Virus record (IMG/VR): IMGVR_UViG_3300025666_000003
Location: 1-64,000 of that record
Reading direction: 5' to 3' (one strand)
Length of the DNA: 64,000 nucleotides
Source of the DNA: a virus
Shown here: piece by piece, positions 56,461 through 64,000 of the stretch
Layout of the letters: every line of letters starts with the position of its first letter
How positions within the stretch are numbered: the first letter of the stretch is position 1
Notes under the pieces: model-generated
Databases searched by the model: none
Seen by the model: the letters and a program-made list of their open reading frames with translations, nothing else
What the model was told of the DNA's origin: nothing
Program-made: the position numbers and the translations under genes

Positions 56461-59400
56461 CTAAAACATGAAAGGGAATACATTTGAACCCATAACATAC
56501 CCACCATCTTGTTGATATTGTGACATTGCATTGTCTACATCACTTCCAGCATAACCAGCTTGTTTAGCTAAAGCATCTCTGGCAGCTTTTTGTGCTACTG
56601 CAGCAGGTATACCTTGATCTAAATATTGCTGGAACCATTCATCATATGTCTTAGCTGTACGTTCACCTGTAAACTTTTTCTTCTCCCCTGTATAATCCAT
56701 TTGACCACCTACAGATGGGTCAACTGAATACTGCGGATACATTTGATTAAGTGCATCTGTTTTCCATCTATTGGTAATTGCTCCTGTATACAATCCTCTA
56801 CCTTGAGCTCTTGATTGAGCCATTGAATTATCATATTGTTGATTAGCAATTGTATTTTGATCATACAATCTTTGATTTTTCTGAGCTTCTAACATACGCT
56901 CTTGATTTCTAACACCTACGTTAGCTTGTTCAAATTGATTTGCTATTCCAACATTTTGTGTATTGTGTCTTGAAATTGCTTCTGCAGTATTTCCTGCTAA
57001 TTGACCTTGTATAGAACTTGCTCTTGCGGATGCTGCTTGTGGTCCTGTAAATTGAGATAAACCTTCCATCATTGAAGCAGCACCTGCTGTAGCTAGATTA
57101 GCATCAAATCTTGGATCAGTAAATGTAGGATCCATTTCTTCAAGATCAACACCTGGTGCCCACGGCATGTACTTGTTGATTCTTGATCTGTCCATTATGT
57201 TACCTGCAATGTTTACTTCATCTTGCAACCACCATGGAGCGGGTCCTCTTGGGCCATCAGGTTCAATATCTACTTCTGTTTTCTTTCTTTCTTTTTCTTC
57301 TTTTAAATCTTCTTCACCATATCCATAGTTACTTATACCAGCTAATTGACCTGCAGTTGTATTTCCATATATTGATTGTGATAAATCATCACTAAAATCA
57401 TCAATAGGTGATACATTTGGAAACCTCTGACCTGTTTCATCTGAAGCACCCATTTGAACATTATTTGCAAAACTACGTAAAGCATACTGTTTATCTTGAT
57501 CTGTATAAAGACCTTTATCAACATTATCAGTTAAAGTTGTATAACCATGGAAAGTAGCTTGTTGAAGTGCTCTTTCTTTTCCGCTAGCTTCAAGAGGAAC
57601 TCCAATCAGCTTTGATGCATTCTGAATAGTAGTCCAACCTTTTTCTTTATACGTTTTGATTAGTTCTTTGCCTTCTTCTAAAGTTTTAACAATTTTTTTA
57701 TTTACCAATTCCTGAGCTGTTTTTAAACCTCTTCCACTATCTATAAATACTCTTGAGTTAATATCATTAGCACCAAGTTTAAGATTTCTTTCTTGATGTT
57801 TTAAGAATGAAGCTATGATTTGATCATCTGTAGGTTTGGTATAACCTCTAGCACTCCATGTTTTACCATACTTTCCAGGTTTTCCATTTTTCCCTTTTCT
57901 TTTATATGATTCTTTATTATCTAAAGCTGCCAAAGTTTGTTTAATAATTTCTGCTCTTACTATAGGATCTTTTACTGAAGCTACTAAAGCCTGATATTGT
58001 CCAGCTTCTACACGAGTAGCGTCTCCACCCCAAGAATCTATATCAGTACCTGAGTATTCAGGAAAAGTATTTTGTGTTTTTGTTATTTTTCTTCTCTTAC
58101 CATCATTACCAATAACTACTAACACTTTATTAGCTTTCTCAGCTTCATTAAATTTAAAATATTTAGCTCTTTTATACTCAGCTTCTGTTTTATAGTCTGA
58201 TCTATTAATAACTATTTCACCTTCCTTTTTTGCTCCACCCCCTTGATATTTATCAAGTTGACCACCACTTCTATAACTTGAATTACCATAATTCATTTCT
58301 GAATTTGGCATCATGTATCCTTCAGGCATCATATGATATCCTTCAGGTGTAGATTCTCCTCCAGTTTGAAATGTTGTTGAAACTCTAGGTTTTTTTCTTT
58401 GATGAAATAAATCATATACTCTATCACCAAATGTTCTATTATATATATCTTCAGCTTCTTGATTTGAACCATATACATTTAAATCTGCATTTGGATTATA
58501 ATGAAAACTTTTATTTCCTTTTTGTACATATTCAGGACTGTTTGTAAATTCTTCAGAATTAGGATCTAATCCAATTTGATTATAAGAAGTATTATCTGCA
58601 TCATTAAGATCATTAGTAGAAAACATAGTTTCTGGTAGTAAAGAAACACCTGTTTGAGCTTGAGGTATAAATCTTTGTAAACTACCTCCATTTCGTGCCA
58701 TTGGCATTTCTTCACAAGGAACACATTTATCTTGCATTATTGTTTGACCATTAGCTAAAGGCATAGGAACTTTTATCATACAAGGACATTTATCAATTGC
58801 ATCCATACTATTTTGTAAATACCCAGGAGTAGGTTTGCCCCAATCCATTCTATGCATCATTCTACGTTGAAAGTTTTTTTCATATTTAACTTTTTCTTCT
58901 GGAGTCATTGATGGATTAGGTGTAGGTGAAATAATTTTTTCAAAATTTTGTCGGTTAAGATTGTATTCATTCTTTTTCTCCCACCAATCTTTTTCCTCTT
59001 GAGACCATTTTGTTGGATCTGAAAGATTAGGATTATCTTTTAAATAATCTATTGTTTCTTGATCATTTTTAAACTCTTTTGGAAAAACTTCTCCATCCTT
59101 TTGATATTTAGGAATAAATCTATTAAGAGGAGCTACTGATTCATAACCGTATCTAGCTAATGGCATTTCCTCCATTGGCTGCTGTTGTTGCTGTTGTTGA
59201 TCCTGTTGAGCTAATTGTTGTTGTTCTTGCAACATCTCTTCTGGTAAAATATCTTGATCAGTAAGCCCCATCTTTTCCATGTAGGGTCTAGCAACTTGAG
59301 GAATACCTTGTTCAAAGTTTTTTAAAGATTCTTGTGCTAAAGCAAGTGCACCGAGTTTCATTTGAAACTCTTGTATCATTAATTCAGCAGTAGCAATATC

Positions 59401-59883
59401 TTTTTTATCAGAATTAGGACTCTGTAAAATTTCTCTATATTTATTAATATCATATTGCTTAGCTAATTCTGCAGGAGTGTATCCTCTTTTAGATTTACCT
59501 TTTTTATCAACTTTACCAAACATTGCTAAGACTTTTGGATCTTTAATCTTCATTTGATTAAAGTCACTAAAGATAAATGTATTAGCTGGAAGATTTAATG
59601 GTGTTCCTCCATTATTATGTCGTTTACCACCAATTACATAAGTTTCTGCAAAGTTATCTCCATTAATATCACCGTATGCAACTTCACCTTTTTCAGCTTC
59701 TAAATTAGCATTTTCCCTAGCTACTGGTTTTAAAGTACGGGAAGTTGATGTATTTTGCATTTTATTTTCATTAACATCTGCACCACCAAAGTTTCCAAAT
59801 TGTTCTGGAACTGTGTTACTATAACCATTTGCAGCGCCTCCTGCTTTAGCTTGCGGTAATCTTTTTATTCTTACTCTACGCAT
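56461..59883 (-). CDS. Virion cargo-type protein with repeated xxGG motifs
   Basis: EAEKGE...GGKRHNNGG...FIFSD domain; Gln-rich tracts; many [YFA][KQR]xGG motifs. Confidence 0.75.
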   Translation of the reverse strand: MRRVRIKRLPQAKAGGAANGYSNTVPEQFGNFGGADVNENKMQNTSTSRTLKPVARENANLEAEKGEVAYGDINGDNFAETYVIGGKRHNNGGTPLNLPANTFIFSDFNQMKIKDPKVLAMFGKVDKKGKSKRGYTPAELAKQYDINKYREILQSPNSDKKDIATAELMIQEFQMKLGALALAQESLKNFEQGIPQVARPYMEKMGLTDQDILPEEMLQEQQQLAQQDQQQQQQQPMEEMPLARYGYESVAPLNRFIPKYQKDGEVFPKEFKNDQETIDYLKDNPNLSDPTKWSQEEKDWWEKKNEYNLNRQNFEKIISPTPNPSMTPEEKVKYEKNFQRRMMHRMDWGKPTPGYLQNSMDAIDKCPCMIKVPMPLANGQTIMQDKCVPCEEMPMARNGGSLQRFIPQAQTGVSLLPETMFSTNDLNDADNTSYNQIGLDPNSEEFTNSPEYVQKGNKSFHYNPNADLNVYGSNQEAEDIYNRTFGDRVYDLFHQRKKPRVSTTFQTGGESTPEGYHMMPEGYMMPNSEMNYGNSSYRSGGQLDKYQGGGAKKEGEIVINRSDYKTEAEYKRAKYFKFNEAEKANKVLVVIGNDGKRRKITKTQNTFPEYSGTDIDSWGGDATRVEAGQYQALVASVKDPIVRAEIIKQTLAALDNKESYKRKGKNGKPGKYGKTWSARGYTKPTDDQIIASFLKHQERNLKLGANDINSRVFIDSGRGLKTAQELVNKKIVKTLEEGKELIKTYKEKGWTTIQNASKLIGVPLEASGKERALQQATFHGYTTLTDNVDKGLYTDQDKQYALRSFANNVQMGASDETGQRFPNVSPIDDFSDDLSQSIYGNTTAGQLAGISNYGYGEEDLKEEKERKKTEVDIEPDGPRGPAPWWLQDEVNIAGNIMDRSRINKYMPWAPGVDLEEMDPTFTDPRFDANLATAGAASMMEGLSQFTGPQAASARASSIQGQLAGNTAEAISRHNTQNVGIANQFEQANVGVRNQERMLEAQKNQRLYDQNTIANQQYDNSMAQSRAQGRGLYTGAITNRWKTDALNQMYPQYSVDPSVGGQMDYTGEKKKFTGERTAKTYDEWFQQYLDQGIPAAVAQKAARDALAKQAGYAGSDVDNAMSQYQQDGGYVMGSNVFPFMF

Positions 59884-59892
59884 AATACAAAT

Positions 59893-62061
59893 TTATATAA
59901 ATTCTAGTTCTCCACCACTATTAATGAAGTCTTCTATATCTTCTTCACTCATATACATTTCATCACCTATCTGTCCACCTTTTTGTGATACACCTCTGAA
60001 TCCTTGTTGATTTGGTCTAAAGTTACCTTGTTGACCCCAGTCACCTACTTTCTTTTTTCTTGTTACAGGGTTAAAAGCTTCAGCATTAGTTTGATCTTCC
60101 AACCATTTGTCTCTTGATTTTTCAGCTGGTTTTTCAAATATGTTACCTATAGTCCAGTTAGCTTTTGCATTAAAACCTTGAACCAATTTTTCACCATCAA
60201 TATTATACATATCTTTTTTTTCATAATCTACATCAGCTTTTCCTTGATTATCTCTATCATTTTGTGTAATTAATCCATCATTTTGATAGTTTCCATCTTC
60301 ACCCATTGTAATTCCAGGTGTATAATTTTCATTTGTAAATGAATTAGTTATGTTTTTCATTAAAAATGGATTTTCAACTTGACTATTAAGACTGCCACCA
60401 ACATCTTCGTTAATATCAAATGAAGGGTTTCCTTGAAAATCTCTACATACACCATCTGCGCCTTTAAAATAACCAGGCTTGCAAGTTTCTAGACCCATCT
60501 GTGCTCTACTTAAGTTACCATTTTCTTGTCTTTGTTCAGGTCTACCTTGACGTACTTTATTCCACATATTTTGGAATACATTAGTACCACCTGTATCATT
60601 ACCTTGGATACCTTGCTGTGTTTTCCATTTCATTCTTTCAAATATATTACCTTCATCTGGAACTTTGTACCCTGCATCAATGGCATCACGTCTTTGTTCA
60701 ACAGTCATGTTTTCTGTATCACGTTTATTAATTCTACCTCTACTGTTAACAGGTGCATCTATCATAGGCATTTGTTGATTACCTAGTCGATTCATCATAC
60801 CATCTGATCCTCTATACATTGTAGGTGCTTCATAATTTTCTAATGCTGCACCAGGTACTATATTTGTTCCATATGTAGTTGTCCATTCTTGTGGTCTACC
60901 TCTTCTGCTTGCTTTAGTTACCTTAGTTTGTGTAGCATCATTGTAATTTATCCCTCCTGTATAAGGATTACCTTCCATATCTCTAGCATTACTGGCTTGT
61001 GCCCAAGAACCTTGGTATTCTACACCTCTGTTGAATGGTATTAAATCTCTCCAATTTCTTTTACCTTTCATTTTTTTATCAAATAAACCAGGATAAATGT
61101 TTTGTCCAGTTGATGTTTTACCAATTATACCACTATTAATTCTTCTTTGATTATTTATTTGCTGATCAATATACTTATCTCTTTCAGCTTGTATTCTTCT
61201 AGCTTCTGCATCATCTTTAACTTCACCTTCTGTTTGATATTTTTGTATACCACCTTTAGAAAATCTTGTAAGATCACCATCTACAAATCCACCATACTGG
61301 TTCATTTGTTGTTGTTCTTGGATCATTGCTTCATACTGCTCTTCAGCTTGCTTCTTTAAACTAGATTCATTTGAAGCTTCTTTAAGACCACTCATAAATT
61401 CTTCCTTAATTCTTTTTCTATCTCCTAGTGCACTATCTGTAATAGTTGCTTTAGTAACTTTAGGCTGTTCAGGTTGACCTACATCACCCATTTGTTTTTT
61501 AGCAAGTTTCATTACATTACTAACAAATTTCTTTTTACTTATTTGACCACCTTTTTTTGCTTCTACAAGTTCATCATCATACAAGTATGACTCATCAAGA
61601 TCTTCATTCATCATTTGATCATTCATCATTTGATTAGCTGATGGTTGTGATTGTATCATTTGTTCTTGCATTCCAGAATATTCAGGAGCTGTTTCTGCTG
61701 CAAGGTCATCTTGTGGTTTTGGAATTCTTTTTTCATTAAATGAATCAACAACTGAACTTATCATTTTAGATAATTCTTCAGGATTTATTTGATCTTTAAG
61801 TTGTTTAAGTAAAGCTTCATAAATTATTTGTGGTTCTTCACCTTCTTCTAATGCTTGTGAAATAACACTAAGTAATTGTTGTTTTGGATCAACTTGTTGT
61901 TGTTGCATAGGTTGCATAGGTTGTTGTTCCATAGGATATTGTGCTTCAGCCATATTACCGCCTTCCTGCACTCTATTCATAAACTGAGCTGTCCTATTTA
62001 CATAAGCTCCTGCTCCTTCTGTAGCACCTCCTGCTTTATATACTCTTACACGTTTCTTCAT
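59893..62061 (-). CDS. Low-complexity (Q/M/G-rich) virion cargo-type protein
   Basis: 722 aa with repeated xxGG motifs; C-terminal tag shared with the 62121 gene. Confidence 0.75.
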   Translation of the reverse strand: MKKRVRVYKAGGATEGAGAYVNRTAQFMNRVQEGGNMAEAQYPMEQQPMQPMQQQQVDPKQQLLSVISQALEEGEEPQIIYEALLKQLKDQINPEELSKMISSVVDSFNEKRIPKPQDDLAAETAPEYSGMQEQMIQSQPSANQMMNDQMMNEDLDESYLYDDELVEAKKGGQISKKKFVSNVMKLAKKQMGDVGQPEQPKVTKATITDSALGDRKRIKEEFMSGLKEASNESSLKKQAEEQYEAMIQEQQQMNQYGGFVDGDLTRFSKGGIQKYQTEGEVKDDAEARRIQAERDKYIDQQINNQRRINSGIIGKTSTGQNIYPGLFDKKMKGKRNWRDLIPFNRGVEYQGSWAQASNARDMEGNPYTGGINYNDATQTKVTKASRRGRPQEWTTTYGTNIVPGAALENYEAPTMYRGSDGMMNRLGNQQMPMIDAPVNSRGRINKRDTENMTVEQRRDAIDAGYKVPDEGNIFERMKWKTQQGIQGNDTGGTNVFQNMWNKVRQGRPEQRQENGNLSRAQMGLETCKPGYFKGADGVCRDFQGNPSFDINEDVGGSLNSQVENPFLMKNITNSFTNENYTPGITMGEDGNYQNDGLITQNDRDNQGKADVDYEKKDMYNIDGEKLVQGFNAKANWTIGNIFEKPAEKSRDKWLEDQTNAEAFNPVTRKKKVGDWGQQGNFRPNQQGFRGVSQKGGQIGDEMYMSEEDIEDFINSGGELEFI

Positions 62062-62068
62062 TATAAAC

Positions 62069-62095
62069 TTTATATATATTAATATACTAAATTTT
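62069..62095 (-). promoter_or_regulatory. Candidate promoter motif AAAATTTAGTATATTA (minus strand)
   Basis: Near-identical to 8433-8458; just upstream of ATG 62061. Confidence 0.55.
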
Positions 62096-62120
62096 GATGT
62101 ATTGTTTAAACTTTATAAAT

Positions 62121-63998
62121 TTAAAATTCTTCTACTACATAACCACCGTCTCTATACTCTTGTATTTCTTCATCACTTAATTCCATTTCTATAAAGTTAC
62201 CACCTTTAGAAAACTTATATGATTTTCCTTTGTCATCACTTTCTAATGCTGCACCAGTTGCTATTGCTCCTGGTATTATACCATATGTTTTATTTAAGAC
62301 ATCTGTAACTGCTTTAATCCAATTTTTACTTCCTACAGGCATAGTAGGACTCATACTAGCAGATCCTGGTGAATTTAAAGAATAAGCATCTAAATAATTT
62401 AAAAGTTTATATATATCATCATATTTTCCACGTTGTAGTTGTCTCCCGCCTTTTACACCTCCCCTGTAATCACCTTTTAAAACCTTATGTTTATAGATAC
62501 CTCCTTCTTCTGAGGGAGCTGACCATTCCCCAAACATGTTTGACTTTGCAAATTCTGTTTCTCCTTCGTTTAATCCTTTCCCCAGCTTTTCAACCATTTC
62601 CTCTGTAATCTCATCTCCCATTTTTAAACCAGCATTTTCTTCTAACCAGCCGATAGCTTTTCTAAATCTAACTTGTTGTTCTGGAGCAATTGATTGATAC
62701 TCTGCACCACCAGGTATACTTACATTTTTATCTTCAGTAAGCTTTAAAGCAGGATAATTATCATATAAAGGTTGACCATGAAGTTTCCCATCTATAGAAA
62801 TATAAGGACCTTTTGAATCACTGAATAAATGATTAACTTCATGGTCTATAACACCTAAAACATCTTCTTTACTTTTATTTTTTAAGTTTCTAGTATTAAT
62901 CGCTATTTTACCATTTCCTTCATATACACCACCCGCTTTATCTCCTAAGTCTTTTAAAGTAATAGAACCTTCATTAAATTCTTTTGTAAATTTTTCTATA
63001 GACTCTGTTACTTCCTCTCTACTTCTACCTGTAGCTTTCATATTATTAGTAATAAACTTATCAGTCGTAAGTCTACTTTTTATTTTTTGAACTATATCAG
63101 CAACATCTTTATTTGTTACTCCTAATTTAGACAAATCTGCAAGATCATTTGATTTTCCTAAAAATTTATTTATATTTGGATCTACTTGATTCATTCTTTT
63201 GTATACTGATACAATTTCATCTACAGGTGTTCCTTGTGCAATTGAATTAATAATTTCAGCTTTAGGTACGGATAAAGATATTTCGTTTAATTTAGGATTT
63301 AGTTTATCTAAAGTACTAAATACTGATTCTAATGTAATAAGTGGAACTTCGTTTTTTAATGCAATCTCTGCAAAATCTTTTAATTGTTCATTTGTTACAC
63401 CTGTTGGTAATTTGTAATCTTGGAAATTACCCATTTTTGGTACAGAATTATTTGTAACATAATATTTTTTATCAATTGATGCAGTGTTTTTTATTACATC
63501 ATCAATTAATTTCTTAGCTAAAATTTCTTGATGCGTACCTACTTTTTTATTTATTAAAGCTTCTGCTTTTTTAAGTTCAGGAATCTTATTAAAAATTTCA
63601 GGACTGCGCCCTTTTAACTTGTCTAAAGTTTGTTTAAGTATAGTTTGATCATAAAAACTAATATCATCAGCAAGAGCTTTTGGAGCTTTTGGAACTTTTA
63701 TATTTTTAGCTGATGCTGGAAGTGCTTTATGAGCTTTTCTTATTGCACGCCATTCTTTAGTTCCTGGTATAAATGCAAGTAAACCTAAGGCAGCTTCTAC
63801 GTAATTTTCATTATCTATTGCCATATCTATGTCACTTGCCCATTTAAGTGGATTACCCATTTGATTAACAAAGTCAAGTGGGTTGGATCCTTGTCCTTTT
63901 CCTTCATCACCATAGCCAAATTTTTCTCGGAAACTTGATGCAGTTGGATCAATTCCTGCATATAACATTTGATTATAGTTTCTTGGCATATTATCTAA
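62121..63998 (-). CDS. Zincin-motif protein, probably 5'-truncated by the window end
   Basis: GGVY...IAIN...DHEVNH (62829-62843)...PEQQVR; the frame stays open upstream of ATG 63989 to the window edge. Confidence 0.75.
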   Translation of the reverse strand, partial: LDNMPRNYNQMLYAGIDPTASSFREKFGYGDEGKGQGSNPLDFVNQMGNPLKWASDIDMAIDNENYVEAALGLLAFIPGTKEWRAIRKAHKALPASAKNIKVPKAPKALADDISFYDQTILKQTLDKLKGRSPEIFNKIPELKKAEALINKKVGTHQEILAKKLIDDVIKNTASIDKKYYVTNNSVPKMGNFQDYKLPTGVTNEQLKDFAEIALKNEVPLITLESVFSTLDKLNPKLNEISLSVPKAEIINSIAQGTPVDEIVSVYKRMNQVDPNINKFLGKSNDLADLSKLGVTNKDVADIVQKIKSRLTTDKFITNNMKATGRSREEVTESIEKFTKEFNEGSITLKDLGDKAGGVYEGNGKIAINTRNLKNKSKEDVLGVIDHEVNHLFSDSKGPYISIDGKLHGQPLYDNYPALKLTEDKNVSIPGGAEYQSIAPEQQVRFRKAIGWLEENAGLKMGDEITEEMVEKLGKGLNEGETEFAKSNMFGEWSAPSEEGGIYKHKVLKGDYRGGVKGGRQLQRGKYDDIYKLLNYLDAYSLNSPGSASMSPTMPVGSKNWIKAVTDVLNKTYGIIPGAIATGAALESDDKGKSYKFSKGGNFIEMELSDEEIQEYRDGGYVVEEF

Positions 63999-64000
63999 GC

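Noticed and set aside
4189-63417. Short ORFs antisense to, or nested in, long genes (e.g. 4189-4440, 14138-14446, 42720-43046)
   Set aside because: They overlap well-supported genes and have the Ser/Phe/Leu/Ile-rich composition typical of shadow frames.
1-64000. Stop-codon reassignment, known in some crAss-like phages
   Set aside because: Genes up to 4246 aa are intact under the standard code, and TAA, TAG and TGA all end genes at sensible junctions.
1-64000. tRNA genes, CRISPR arrays, integrase or transposase
   Set aside because: No cloverleaf, regularly spaced repeat-spacer array or recombinase/transposase motif was seen; the repeats at 108-1112 are separated by whole genes.

Overview
A 64-kb, strongly AT-rich segment of a lytic dsDNA phage of the crAss-like type (Crassvirales-related). 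The host is probably Bacteroidota: leaders are A-rich with no Shine-Dalgarno sequence, and there is a TAnnTTTG promoter element. The standard genetic code fits. Bases 1-27330 are mostly + strand. They begin with small accessory genes joined by a repeated junction motif. Replication, recombination and nucleotide genes follow: SF2 helicase, UDG, DnaB, Sak4-like ATPase, SSB-like proteins, primase, RuvC-like resolvase, PD-(D/E)XK nuclease, PolB, ATP-dependent ligase and a MazG-like NTP pyrophosphatase. There are also proteostasis genes (ClpS, a vWA-metallopeptidase/MoxR pair, GroES). After a convergent terminator at about 27.4 kb, the - strand encodes very large virion/ejection-type proteins, including a 4246-aa RNA polymerase with a DFDVD motif. 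Main observations: (1) the three consecutive giant proteins (8495 aa in total) contain only four cysteines, all at the termini that meet in gene order, suggesting a head-to-tail disulfide-linked ejection chain; (2) the RNAP carries a C-terminal array of ASCH-like, AlkB-like, unknown and NADAR domains ending in a QLNLF clamp-type motif, with a 14-nt repeat at module borders; (3) the early genes form a cassette array with a repeated junction; (4) a possible gene-32-like mRNA pseudoknot; (5) two paralogous domains flank the vWA-MoxR pair; (6) the cargo-type proteins share xxGG motifs and a C-terminal tag. All calls come from motif reading by eye; no searches were run.
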